Shown in pieces: positions 1 to 8,877 of a stretch of DNA of 32,000 nt. The notes under the pieces are model-generated. The model made no database searches. It was not told the DNA's origin and saw only the letters and a list, made by a program, of their open reading frames with translations. The stretch's first letter is position 1. Every line of letters begins with the position of its first letter. This stretch comes from Ignicoccus islandicus DSM 13165 (GTDB taxonomy: Archaea; Thermoproteota; Thermoprotei_A; Sulfolobales; Ignicoccaceae): positions 1,200,001-1,232,000 of the forward strand of contig NZ_CP006867.1 of NCBI RefSeq assembly GCF_001481685.1, written 5' to 3'. The translations under genes were made by a program, and so were the position numbers.

Positions 1-325
1 CTAGAATACCACTAGAAGACTTGAGGGAGCCCTTCAATGGTTGGACCGAGGATACTTCAACTATTTCCGATTGCTTGGGTCCGATTACCTTAACAAGTAG
101 AGTGTCTCCAAAGCGTTCGACGCTCCTCCTAACTTTTATTTTCTTCTTTTTATTACAGTTCACTGCTTGGATACTCGCAGCCGTGAGGATGGAGGACGCT
201 GCGAGGACTGGTCCTAACCACGGGAAGAAAAGTATTGCAGATGCTAGACCTATCGATGAATATAGAGCTACCTTCCTTCCATCTTCGTTTAAAGAGCACT
301 GCGCTGGTATTAGATATTCCCTCAC
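1..325 (-). CDS. Partial membrane protein of unknown function, running off the left edge
   Basis: My own translation of the minus strand from a GTG at 325 stays open to position 1 (about 108 codons): MREYLIPAQCSLNEDGRKVALYSSIGLASAILFFPWLGPVLAASSILTAASIQAVNCNKKKKIKVRRSVERFGDTLLVKVIGPKQSEIVEVSS... It has a hydrophobic segment followed by a basic stretch. It is not in the supplied track, and the + ORF 21..365 is antisense to it. Confidence 0.5.
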   Translation of the reverse strand, partial: MREYLIPAQCSLNEDGRKVALYSSIGLASAILFFPWLGPVLAASSILTAASIQAVNCNKKKKIKVRRSVERFGDTLLVKVIGPKQSEIVEVSSVQPLKGSLKSSSGIL

Positions 326-329
326 TCTC

Positions 330-887
330 TTACTTCACCCCGAACTTACCTATCACATACCCTAGGGCCAGTGAGTGATTAGTAAGGAACTCTGTTAAGT
401 TGTTCGTCTCCAATTCACACGTATCCAATGCTATTACTAAGAAGTAATATCTGTGAACTTCTCCTTTAGGAGGGCACACGGGAAACCAACCTTTTTTCAA
501 TGCACTATTATAATAAACTTTAACAACGTTCCCATGCGCATCTACTAATTCGAATAGATGAAAGAACGTTCCGCCTCTAGTATCTGGGTCGAAAACTATT
601 ACAGCGTAACACGGGGCATCGTCATACCTACTCCATGAAATCTTAGGAACGCTTGCGTTACCGTAACACGTAAACTCCTTCTTTATAAATCCATTGGAGA
701 TCGCGTCCGTCTTAACTTCTATTAGCGGAAGTCTTGTCTTCTTTATAAAGGCCCTTATATTTTCGTCGCTTATCTCTATGTACTTTGTTTTAATCGATAA
801 CGAATATAGTTGATAGAACGCAAAGAGCGCTATACCAGCTACAACAACTATTAAAGCAATTGACTTCCTTTCAACTCTCAAGTTCAT
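330..887 (-). CDS. PEBP-like (YbhB/YbcL-type) protein with N-terminal membrane anchor or signal
   Basis: Contains CYAVIVFDPDTRGGTFFHLFELVD...GWFPVCPPKGEVHRYYFLVIALD, matching the DPDxP..HW and PPxGxHRYxFxxYALD signatures of PEBP proteins. N-terminal hydrophobic helix SIALIVVVAGIALFAFYQLYSL. Confidence 0.8.
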   Translation of the reverse strand: MNLRVERKSIALIVVVAGIALFAFYQLYSLSIKTKYIEISDENIRAFIKKTRLPLIEVKTDAISNGFIKKEFTCYGNASVPKISWSRYDDAPCYAVIVFDPDTRGGTFFHLFELVDAHGNVVKVYYNSALKKGWFPVCPPKGEVHRYYFLVIALDTCELETNNLTEFLTNHSLALGYVIGKFGVK

Positions 888-956
888 TTCGCTTTCACTG
901 TAACGACCTACGCGAAAAGCGATAATAATATCTTTGCAGAACTTCAGAAACGGAAG

Positions 957-1994
957 GTGTCAATCGTAATGTCTTTCCCTTACTTGAGACCAAGGAGACT
1001 TAGGAAGAACTTATACTTACGAGACTTAGTAGCTGAAACTAGGGTTTCTCCCCGGGATTTCATATTTCCGATCTTCGTAAAAGAGGGAATAAGTGAGCCG
1101 GAACCAATAAACAGCATGCCCGGTCAGTATAGGTGGCCTGTAGAAAAAGTTACAAAGATAGTATCTGATGCGTTGGAACTCGGTGTAAGAAACGTACTTA
1201 TTTTCGGTATACCTTCGTACAAGGACGAGCTCGGCTCCTCGGCCTATTCTAAAGACGGAGTGGTTCAGCGCGCCGTCAAGAAGATAAGGAAGGAATTTGG
1301 CGACGAAGTCGTAATACACACGGACGTATGCCTATGTCACTACACCACTCACGGTCACTGTGGCTTGTTAACTAGGAAATGCGTAGGCGATTTCTGCAGA
1401 GACGTTATAGACAACGACTCAACTATAGAGCTCCTAGGTAAGGTAGCGGTTACTCACGCTGAGGCCGGTGCGGATGTAGTAGCTCCGTCTTCAATGATGG
1501 ATGGTATGGTAAGGACAATTCGAAAGGCTCTCGACGAAGCCGGGTTTACCGATGTTGCGATAATGAGTTACGCAGCTAAGTACGCAAGTGCCTTCTATGG
1601 ACCCTTTAGGGAAGCTGCTGATAACGCTCCGCAGAAGGGCGATAGGAGAACGTATCAGATGGATCCGCGTAACGGCGAAGAAGCGATAAAGGAAGTTGCT
1701 TTGGACGTTGAAGAAGGCGCTGACATACTGATGGTAAAACCGGCCCTGGCCTACCTAGATGTGATAAGGCGCGTAAGGGAAGCCTTCCCGCATTACCCGT
1801 TAGCGGCTTACAACGTTAGTGGAGAGTATTCCATGGTTAAAGTAGCTGCCGCCAACGGACTCGTTGACGAGAAAAAGATCATCTTAGAGATACTACACGC
1901 AATAAAGAGGGCCGGTGCGAACGTGATAATTACTTATCATGCATTAGAGGCCGCGCAATGGCTTAAAGAAGGGTTGGATAGGGAACTTTTCTAA
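957..1994 (+). CDS. hemB: Porphobilinogen synthase (delta-aminolevulinic acid dehydratase)
   Basis: Full-length protein with family signatures: DVCLCHYTTHGHCG metal-binding region, MSYAAKYASAFYGPFREA, DILMVKPALAYLDVI, YNVSGEYSMVKVAA. The true start may be the ATG at 969 (MSFPYLRPRRLR). Confidence 0.97.
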   Translation: MSIVMSFPYLRPRRLRKNLYLRDLVAETRVSPRDFIFPIFVKEGISEPEPINSMPGQYRWPVEKVTKIVSDALELGVRNVLIFGIPSYKDELGSSAYSKDGVVQRAVKKIRKEFGDEVVIHTDVCLCHYTTHGHCGLLTRKCVGDFCRDVIDNDSTIELLGKVAVTHAEAGADVVAPSSMMDGMVRTIRKALDEAGFTDVAIMSYAAKYASAFYGPFREAADNAPQKGDRRTYQMDPRNGEEAIKEVALDVEEGADILMVKPALAYLDVIRRVREAFPHYPLAAYNVSGEYSMVKVAAANGLVDEKKIILEILHAIKRAGANVIITYHALEAAQWLKEGLDRELF

Positions 1995-2044
1995 TGCTCA
2001 CTAACCAAATTTAAACTTCCAAAAAGTAACTCTGGTGATAGAAG

Positions 2045-2746
2045 ATGAAGGCTCTAATTCTGGCGGGAGGGTTCGGTAAGAGACTAATGCCCCTCACTTC
2101 CGAGAGACCGAAACCAATGATAGAAATAGCGGGCAAACCCATTTTGGTATGGCAAATAGAACTTCTTAAAAGAAATAACATCAAGAACGTGGTAGTTACC
2201 ATTGCCCACCTAAAGGAGGTAGTCATTAGAGAACTCGGGAGTGGTCACAAGTACGGCGTTAGCTTAGCCTATGTAGTAGAGGACGAACCCCTAGGTACGG
2301 GCGGGGCTATAGCTAACGCTAAGAGCGTATTAGAGGGAGAGGAGAAGTTCGTTGTTATGAATGGCGATATAATAACTAACTTGAACGTGTCTAAACTCTG
2401 TGAAGAATTAAAAGGAGATTTAGTAGGTACCATGGCCCTAGTCCCACTTCCGTCTCCCTATGGAATAGTCGTGTTCGATGAGAACTACAAGATAAAGGAG
2501 TTCAGAGAGAAGCCTAGGTTAGAGGACTATTACATAAACGCTGGAGTTTATTGTTTCACTAACGAAATATTTGACTACTTACCCAATACTGGAGATATCG
2601 AGAAGACCTCCTTCCCCAGACTGGCACGAGAAGGTAAGTTAAAGGCCGTAGTATTCAAAGACGTTTACTGGAAGAGTATAGACACGTATAAGGACGTCGA
2701 AGAAGCCGATAAATACCTGAGGGAAAACGAGTTATTTAGTGAATGA
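2045..2746 (+). CDS. Sugar-phosphate nucleotidyltransferase (NTP_transferase family)
   Basis: MKALILAGGFGKRLMPLTSERPKPMIEIAGKPI N-terminal nucleotidyltransferase signature; LGTGGAIANA; VMNGDIITN. Confidence 0.92.
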   Translation: MKALILAGGFGKRLMPLTSERPKPMIEIAGKPILVWQIELLKRNNIKNVVVTIAHLKEVVIRELGSGHKYGVSLAYVVEDEPLGTGGAIANAKSVLEGEEKFVVMNGDIITNLNVSKLCEELKGDLVGTMALVPLPSPYGIVVFDENYKIKEFREKPRLEDYYINAGVYCFTNEIFDYLPNTGDIEKTSFPRLAREGKLKAVVFKDVYWKSIDTYKDVEEADKYLRENELFSE

Positions 2747-2749
2747 GGA

Positions 2750-2947
2750 ATGGCATGCGAAGCGAGAGGGAGCGTTTTCGCTATATTGCTGTCTCTGAGT
2801 CTCTCATCAGCTTTCCTCTATGTAACGGCGTTATCTCTTCTGCAAATGAGTTTAGAGCCACTCGTCCTTTCGATGGGAGCTTTACCAATCTTAGGAATGC
2901 TTTTCGCCTTAGTACTAACGTTCACGTTATTTCAAACATGTAAGTAA
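2750..2947 (+). CDS. Small two-TM hypothetical protein
   Basis: 65 aa, two hydrophobic segments, starts a few nt after the nucleotidyltransferase stop in the same orientation. Confidence 0.45.
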   Translation: MACEARGSVFAILLSLSLSSAFLYVTALSLLQMSLEPLVLSMGALPILGMLFALVLTFTLFQTCK

Positions 2948-2985
2948 TTTTACTGAGAGTTTGTCGAAAGTTTTCGGGAAATGCC

Positions 2986-3189
2986 GTGAACGCTAAGTGT
3001 TATTTCCTCATTATGTCGGTTTCTATTCCGCTCTCAGTAACGCTGGCAGTAAGTGCAATGATTTACCTTATTGTTGGAATGAACGTAACTGATCCGTTAT
3101 ATGTTACAATCGCAACGCTACTTCTCTCGATACTCAGCGCAGTTTTGTCTTACGGAGCAATTGCTCTAGGTGCATCAAGTTGCCAATGA
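2986..3189 (+). CDS. Small two-TM hypothetical protein
   Basis: 67 aa, two hydrophobic segments; overlaps the start of the following PUA ORF by 10 nt, which is typical of operonic genes here. Confidence 0.5.
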   Translation: MNAKCYFLIMSVSIPLSVTLAVSAMIYLIVGMNVTDPLYVTIATLLLSILSAVLSYGAIALGASSCQ

Positions 3190-3629
3190 GGAAGAACATT
3201 TCGGTTATTGATGCGATTACATTCATTTATGGAGTTAAGGTAGAATGTAAGGAGCTAGAAGAAGTTAGAGTGAAGTATTCGAAGACGGGAATGCCTAGGT
3301 ACATTATAGATCGAAATGGAAAGAGGCTCTTTACTGTTAGGTCATCGGACGGACTCCTAACTCTCTCTGAAGAATCTGCTAAGATACTATTCGATTGTTT
3401 GCCCGGAAAGGTCGGCAAGGTTTACGTTACTGAGCTACCGACAAAGACGGTTTTCAATAAACACGTCGTGGATGCAGACGAAAACTTGCTTAGGGGCGTA
3501 GACGCTTTAATAGTGAAGGACGATGAACTTATTGCATATGGTAGAACTGTCGTAAGTGGAAGGGAAATGATAACCCTTAACATGGGCGAGGCGATTAAAG
3601 TTCGGGGGAAGTTGGATTGGCGAAAGTGA
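3180..3629 (+). CDS. PUA-domain RNA-binding protein
   Basis: C-terminal half resembles a PUA domain: NKHVVDADENLLRGVDALIVKDDELIAYGRTVVSGREMITLNMGEAIKVRGKL. Confidence 0.7.
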   Translation: MPMRKNISVIDAITFIYGVKVECKELEEVRVKYSKTGMPRYIIDRNGKRLFTVRSSDGLLTLSEESAKILFDCLPGKVGKVYVTELPTKTVFNKHVVDADENLLRGVDALIVKDDELIAYGRTVVSGREMITLNMGEAIKVRGKLDWRK

Positions 3630-4348
3630 AGTTCGTACCTACTGAGGCTGCTAAGGAGAGTTACGAAGGAGCTTACTTGGTTACAGGCTTCATGGGCTTT
3701 GGATTCGTGGGTGCTCTCTCGACTGAATACCTTGTCGAGAAATTGGACATGGTCAAAGTAGGATTCTTCATAACTAAGTACACACCAGACCAAGTCTCGT
3801 ATTCTGAGAAGTATTCATTAGAGCTCCCCTTTGAGCTATACTACCACGAGAAGTCTAACTTGTTGGTCCTCTTGAACAGGTGGATTCCTCATGAAGTAGA
3901 GAAGTTTAGATACGCTCAATTCGTCGTTAAATGGGCTAAGAAGAACGGTGTGAAAGCGATATACGGTCTAGGTGGTCTCGATAGCTCCTTTAAAGAAGAG
4001 CCATCCGAAACCTTGAGATGGGTTAAGACTAGCTACTACAATGGCCCCTTACCGCAAGCGAAACCGATGGTAGGAGGCTTGAAGGTAATTGGACCATTAG
4101 CGCATCTACTCATTGCATCAGAAATAGAGAAGTTCCCGATGTTAGCCCTCTTACCCTATTGTGAATCAGCGAGTAGGCAAGACCCTCGAGCGTCAGCTAT
4201 CGGAATAACGGAACTTGCGAAGTTGATTAAACTAGAAGTGGACGTTAGTGACTTATTTGCGAAGGCCGAGAACATGGAAAAGGAGATGGAGAAGCTGAAG
4301 AAGATACTTGAAATGAGTGTCTCAAAGAAAGATTCGTATTACATCTAG
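3617..4348 (+). CDS. Proteasome assembly chaperone family (PAC2) protein
   Basis: EGAYLVTGFMGFGFVGALSTEYLVEKLDM...RWIPHEVEKFRYAQFVVKWAKKNGVKAIYGLGGL...ALLPYCESASRQDPRAS fits archaeal PAC2 family proteins. Confidence 0.82.
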   Translation: MAKVKFVPTEAAKESYEGAYLVTGFMGFGFVGALSTEYLVEKLDMVKVGFFITKYTPDQVSYSEKYSLELPFELYYHEKSNLLVLLNRWIPHEVEKFRYAQFVVKWAKKNGVKAIYGLGGLDSSFKEEPSETLRWVKTSYYNGPLPQAKPMVGGLKVIGPLAHLLIASEIEKFPMLALLPYCESASRQDPRASAIGITELAKLIKLEVDVSDLFAKAENMEKEMEKLKKILEMSVSKKDSYYI

Positions 4349-4917
4349 CGAAGTTTCTTAAATATCTCTTCTCGGAGTCTTTCTTCGTAACTCTTAGGAC
4401 ATTCCAGTTGTGAGAAGGGGTAAGCTACTTCCAAGCCCTTAGGAATTTCGAGCCCACAATTTATCTTGAGCTTCTCACCTTCTATTAATTGAGCTCTTTT
4501 GAGTTTAGTTATCAAGAAATGAATTGAAGGTGATAGTTCGTCTGCTATGAATAGTGCTCTATCGTAACTGTAGTCCGGGCACTCGAGTTCTAGGTTTTTG
4601 AGCATTTCGAGACCGTGTGAGGTCATTCTGCATCTGTAATCTACAACTTGGAACGCTCTTCCTATAGGTATTAGGCTTACCATCTCCTTGACAGCTTCTC
4701 TAACTTCGTTACTAGAGGTGAGTACCACGTTCGCGTCCCCTCTTAATAACGCCACGAGGGCTTCGCAAGGAGAGTTCGTTTCAATACATTTGAACTCGCT
4801 ACATAGCTTATCTCTAAGAGGATCTGTGGGATAAATAGCCAACGGAAGTTCCACATTTAGGTCCTTGACTACCATTAACAGAGCGCCACATTGAGCGTGC
4901 TTTATCGATACTTGCAT
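4345..4917 (-). CDS. Hypothetical protein (orphan)
   Basis: 190-aa ORF, convergent 4-nt overlap with the PAC2 gene. No family recognised. Confidence 0.7.
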   Translation of the reverse strand: MQVSIKHAQCGALLMVVKDLNVELPLAIYPTDPLRDKLCSEFKCIETNSPCEALVALLRGDANVVLTSSNEVREAVKEMVSLIPIGRAFQVVDYRCRMTSHGLEMLKNLELECPDYSYDRALFIADELSPSIHFLITKLKRAQLIEGEKLKINCGLEIPKGLEVAYPFSQLECPKSYEERLREEIFKKLR

Positions 4918-4934
4918 GATCTGAAGTTCCCGCT

Positions 4935-5273
4935 TCAGACTATGTGCTTCAAGCAGATATAGTACTTCTTGCCGTACTCGAACGATTCATTTTTGTCGCC
5001 ATGGAGGACCACTAAAAATCCACCAATAGAGAAGAATTTCCTCTCTCCCTCGTCTTTATAGAACATGCCTATTCCACATAGGTCCTTCCCATCCTTATAT
5101 TCGGGCAAGTTTTCTGAAATCTCAAAGATTCCTTGCTCTCCTTCAAAGAAGTTAAGAAGTTCATCGTGAACCATCATTTCAACCTTTCTTCCATCTTGGC
5201 ATTCGAACGTTAGTACGTTTACAGAAGGTATCTTAGACCTCTCAATTTTTGAGACTTTGCCATCGCACTTCAT
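4935..5273 (-). CDS. rpoG: Candidate archaeal RNA polymerase subunit Rpo8 (RPB8 ortholog)
   Basis: C-terminus FFSIGGFLVVLHGDKNESFEYGKKYYICLKHI aligns by eye with eukaryotic RPB8 ...[35 protein letters not shown]. The N-terminal half VNVLTFECQDGRKVEMMVHDELLNFF is compatible with the RPB8 OB-fold strand pattern. Length 112 aa. Confidence 0.6.
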   Translation of the reverse strand: MKCDGKVSKIERSKIPSVNVLTFECQDGRKVEMMVHDELLNFFEGEQGIFEISENLPEYKDGKDLCGIGMFYKDEGERKFFSIGGFLVVLHGDKNESFEYGKKYYICLKHIV

Positions 5274-5388
5274 TCATCCCGCTCCCATATCCACCCCCTC
5301 TGACTTATTCAAAAAAGTAAACCTCGAGCTATACTATAAGAGAAAAGGACAGAAAAACTAAGTCTAGAATCCATCCTCTCGAGGACCC

Positions 5389-6333
5389 GTGTGGAAAAAG
5401 ATCACAGTTGGTATTGCACTGACGACGTTGATTCTATTCGCTTACGTTAAGTTGACTAATGCAGACGTAAGCGTATTACTTAAGATAAATCCTCTAGTAC
5501 TATTAGCATCATCCTTCTTCGTTATCATTTCGGACATTGTGAGAGCGTATCGCTTGAAGGTATTAAGTAACTACGTTAAGTCCGGATTGAGCTTTAAGGA
5601 ATCAGTGATAATTTGGGAAGCGAGTAGGCTCTTCGCCCTATTGACCCCCGGATTCTACGGAGGTGAAGTGCTAAGGATAGGTTATATTGCAAAGAAGTAC
5701 GATTTGGCTAAGGGAATTGTTGTTAACGTGTTGGAAGTGACTTCAGAAAGCGCTGCCATTAGCGTAAATGCAATCCTTTCGTTTATTTTATTAAGTTCGT
5801 TCTTTGACTCAACGGTCAACGTTGCGTCGCTTACTTTCTCGCTCTTAATATCTGCTTTCTTGCTCGCTGTATCAGTATTGGTTCAATTAACTAAAAGGTG
5901 CCCGGGCAAACCCGAAAAACTCAAGAAATACTGCTTACCTCTCCTCGAGGCGTTTGAGGTCGCTGGCTTGGAAGCGTTCGGTGCAGCGTTTGCAATCTCC
6001 TTGGTAGGTGTGGTTATCTACGTATTCTCTATAGCTACCATAGCGCAAGCACTAAACGTTAATGCTTTCGTTGCCGCTTTAGTGTTCGCTTGTAGTCTAC
6101 CAGCAACAGCCATTCCAATAACTCCAGGGGGGATCGGTCTTCCGGAAGCAATTGCGACCCTTGCCCTTCCAAATGCTTCTTCGGTTCTAATAGCTTGGAG
6201 GCTTCTCAACATATTGACTGTTCTAGCCTCGTCTCTTTTCGTGTTATCAATCTATGGCCGCGAAATTGTCTCCTATTTAAGGAATGAAGACTTCAAAGGA
6301 TCTTCTGGGAAAGAATTAAGGTGTGAAATATAG
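5389..6333 (+). CDS. Flippase-like / lysylphosphatidylglycerol synthase TM region family membrane protein (UPF0104-like)
   Basis: Multi-TM protein with IISDIVRAYRLKVLS, ESVIIWEASRLFALLTPGFYGGEVLRIGYIAKK and PITPGGIGLPEAIA, signatures of the flippase-like domain family. Confidence 0.85.
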   Translation: MWKKITVGIALTTLILFAYVKLTNADVSVLLKINPLVLLASSFFVIISDIVRAYRLKVLSNYVKSGLSFKESVIIWEASRLFALLTPGFYGGEVLRIGYIAKKYDLAKGIVVNVLEVTSESAAISVNAILSFILLSSFFDSTVNVASLTFSLLISAFLLAVSVLVQLTKRCPGKPEKLKKYCLPLLEAFEVAGLEAFGAAFAISLVGVVIYVFSIATIAQALNVNAFVAALVFACSLPATAIPITPGGIGLPEAIATLALPNASSVLIAWRLLNILTVLASSLFVLSIYGREIVSYLRNEDFKGSSGKELRCEI

Positions 6334-6342
6334 GACTAAAAT

Positions 6343-6350
6343 TATATATA
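6343..6350 (+). promoter_or_regulatory. Probable archaeal TATA box for the acetyl-CoA synthetase gene
   Basis: TATATATA within ggactaaaATTATATATAcaaag, about 25 nt upstream of a plausible start site near 6370; a GAGGT Shine-Dalgarno-like motif at 6375..6379 precedes the TTG start at 6388. Confidence 0.55.
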
Positions 6351-6387
6351 CAAAGCTCTGCTATCAGATAGATTGAGGTAAGGGCTT

Positions 6388-8322
6388 TTGGAGGAATCCA
6401 AGAACGTTCTGCCTATAACTCAAGGCGTTGTTCCGACCGGCAAGCTCAAAGAAATGAGAAAGAGGGCCCTAGAAGATCCTGAGGGCTTCTGGTCAGAGAT
6501 AGCCAACGAATTGTACTGGAAGAAGGGCTGGGAGAAAGTAATTGATGGAGAAGCTCCGTACTTCAAGTGGTTCGTTGGAGGTAAAACTAACCTCTCTTAC
6601 AACGCCCTCGACAGACACGTAAAGAGTTGGAGGAAGAACAAGGCCGCAATTATATGGGAGGGCGAGCCTGGTGACGTTCGCGTATTGACCTATTATCAAC
6701 TATGGAAAGAAGTAAATAAGTTTGCTAACGTACTTAAGGACTTAGGCGTAAAGAAAGGTGATAGAGTAACAATTTACATGCCTATGGTACCTGAAGCAGT
6801 AGTAGCTATGCTCGCCACTGTTAGAATAGGTGCTATTCACAGCGTCGTGTTCTCTGGCTTTTCTGCAAAGGGTCTCGCGGAGAGGATAAACGACGCTCAA
6901 GCGAAAGTAGTCATTACTGCTGATGGAATGTGGAGGAGAGGTAAGAAGCTAAACTTGAAGGACATCGTCGATAAGGCCCTACAAGAAACGCCTTCAGTGG
7001 AGAGCGTTGTCGTCTACAACAGGTTAGGTCTGGAAGTGAACATGGAGGAAGGCAGAGACTACAAGTGGGACGACTTAATGGAAGGCGCCAAGACTTACGC
7101 CGAACCCGAGTGGGTTGAGAGCGAACATCCCTCCTTCATTCTATACACTTCCGGTACAACCGGTAAGCCTAAGGGAATCATTCACGACACAGGAGGTTAC
7201 ATGGTCGGCGTCTACGCTACTATGAAATGGGTATTTGACATAAGGGACGATGACATCCACTGGTGTACGGCCGATATCGGTTGGATCACCGGCCACTCCT
7301 ATGTGGTGTACGGTCCGCTTCTACACGGAGCCACGACCTTAATGTACGAGGGAGCGCCGGACTACCCTAAGCCGGATCGCTGGTGGAGCATCGTAGAGAA
7401 GTACGGTGTAACTACCTTGTATACTGCACCTACTGCAATAAGGATGTTCATGAGGTATGGCGAAAAGTGGGTCGAGAAACACGATCTGAGCTCGCTAAGA
7501 TTGCTGGGAAGCGTAGGTGAGCCTATAAACCCAGAGGCTTGGTGGTGGTACTATAAGTACATAGGTAAAGAGAAGTGTCCGATCGTTGACACGTGGTGGC
7601 AGACTGAAACTGGTCACATAATGATAAGCCCGGTTCCTGGAATAGAATTAGTGCCCTTGAAGCCAGGTTCCGCTACTTATCCGCTACCCGGCATTGATGC
7701 AGAAGTCGTAGATGAGAACGGTAATCCAGTACCACCCAACACTAGAGGTTACCTCGTAATAAGGAGGCCATGGCCCGGTATGCTCCACGGTATCTGGGGC
7801 GATCCGGAGAGGTACGTTAGGACTTACTGGAGCAAGTTCCCTGGAATGTACTTTACCGGAGACTATGCAATGAAGGACAACGACGGCTACTTCTGGATCT
7901 TAGGTAGAGCTGACGACGTAATTAAAGTGGCCGGTCACAGACTAGGTACCTTAGAGTTAGAGAGCGCGTTCGTCGCGCACCCAGCGGTATCCGAAGCAGC
8001 AGTAGTTGCCAAGCCTCATCCAGTTAAGGGAGAGGCAATAGTTGCTTTCGTCACCCTAAAGGAAGGATACCAACCCAGTGACGAGCTAAGGGAGGAGTTA
8101 AGGAAATGGATTAGGGACACAATAGGTCCCGTAGCCACGCCCGAAGAGATACACTTCGTAAGCAAGCTGCCCAAGACTAGGAGCGGAAAGATAATGAGAA
8201 GGGTCCTAAGAGCCGTAATAACTGGTCAACAACTGGGCGACCTCAGTACTCTCGAGGACGAGGCCTCTGTCGAGGAAGTGAAGAGAGCTGTCGAACAACT
8301 GAGAAAGGACTTGGGACTCTAG
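6388..8322 (+). CDS. acs: Acetyl-CoA synthetase (AMP-forming, acetate--CoA ligase)
   Basis: [73 protein letters not shown], and C-terminal [14 protein letters not shown] lysine motif. TTG start. Confidence 0.97.
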   Translation: MEESKNVLPITQGVVPTGKLKEMRKRALEDPEGFWSEIANELYWKKGWEKVIDGEAPYFKWFVGGKTNLSYNALDRHVKSWRKNKAAIIWEGEPGDVRVLTYYQLWKEVNKFANVLKDLGVKKGDRVTIYMPMVPEAVVAMLATVRIGAIHSVVFSGFSAKGLAERINDAQAKVVITADGMWRRGKKLNLKDIVDKALQETPSVESVVVYNRLGLEVNMEEGRDYKWDDLMEGAKTYAEPEWVESEHPSFILYTSGTTGKPKGIIHDTGGYMVGVYATMKWVFDIRDDDIHWCTADIGWITGHSYVVYGPLLHGATTLMYEGAPDYPKPDRWWSIVEKYGVTTLYTAPTAIRMFMRYGEKWVEKHDLSSLRLLGSVGEPINPEAWWWYYKYIGKEKCPIVDTWWQTETGHIMISPVPGIELVPLKPGSATYPLPGIDAEVVDENGNPVPPNTRGYLVIRRPWPGMLHGIWGDPERYVRTYWSKFPGMYFTGDYAMKDNDGYFWILGRADDVIKVAGHRLGTLELESAFVAHPAVSEAAVVAKPHPVKGEAIVAFVTLKEGYQPSDELREELRKWIRDTIGPVATPEEIHFVSKLPKTRSGKIMRRVLRAVITGQQLGDLSTLEDEASVEEVKRAVEQLRKDLGL

Positions 8323-8368
8323 ATCTTTCTTTTGAGCTAAACTAAATTACCCTTTTCTCCTTCTATTT

Positions 8369-8812
8369 TTGGGGTTAAGTGAGTTGAACGGTAAGATCAC
8401 AGTAAAGGACGTCATGAGTACTCCAGTAGAGGTAATTAGGGATTCAGCGAGCATTAGAGAAGCTGCTCAGAGAATGATTGAAAGTGGAATAGGCAGCTTA
8501 ATAGTTATCAACGATGAAGGCGAAGCCTTAGGCATTGTTACTGAGAGAGACATAGTACGCGCAGTAGCTGAAGGGATGGACTTAGACTCGCCAGTATCTA
8601 GTCTAATGAGTGAGGAGCTCTTAACCGTAGAGCCTACTACAAGCGTGTTAAAGGCACTTGAAATGATGAAAGCACATGGAGTAAGACACCTTCCGGTCGT
8701 CGAAGGCGATGAAATAGTGGGCCTAATTTCTCTAAGGGACCTAGCGTTCGCAGCAGCCACTGAGATGTTAATAAACAGGCTCTTACATACTCTCAAAGAA
8801 GAATTAGAGTAG
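8369..8812 (+). CDS. CBS-domain-pair protein
   Basis: Two CBS repeats: VKDVMSTPVEVIRDSASIREAAQRMIESGIGSLIVINDEGEALGIVTERDIVRAV and LTVEPTTSVLKALEMMKAHGVRHLPVVEGDEIVGLISLRDL. TTG start. Confidence 0.93.
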   Translation: MGLSELNGKITVKDVMSTPVEVIRDSASIREAAQRMIESGIGSLIVINDEGEALGIVTERDIVRAVAEGMDLDSPVSSLMSEELLTVEPTTSVLKALEMMKAHGVRHLPVVEGDEIVGLISLRDLAFAAATEMLINRLLHTLKEELE

Positions 8813-8877
8813 ATTCGAAATCTTAACCCCAATACCTATAACAAAAATATGTCTCTTTAAACTATAGGATGTAAAAA

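Noticed and set aside
21-365. Track ORF 21..365 + (114 aa)
   Set aside because: It lies antisense to a better minus-strand membrane ORF (1..325) and to the end of the PEBP gene; it has serine/leucine-rich composition typical of antisense translation.
1026-1319. Minus-strand ORF inside hemB
   Set aside because: Fully antisense to an unambiguous hemB; treated as a shadow ORF.
2743-2943. Minus-strand 66-aa ORF opposite the small TM protein
   Set aside because: The + strand frame has TM character and operon spacing; this one looks like a shadow frame.
6018-6699. Minus-strand ORFs 6018..6212 and 6493..6699
   Set aside because: Antisense to the flippase-like and acs genes respectively, no recognisable domain.
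8467-8832. 121-aa minus-strand ORF opposite the CBS protein
   Set aside because: Ser/Ile-rich shadow ORF fully opposite a clear CBS-domain gene.
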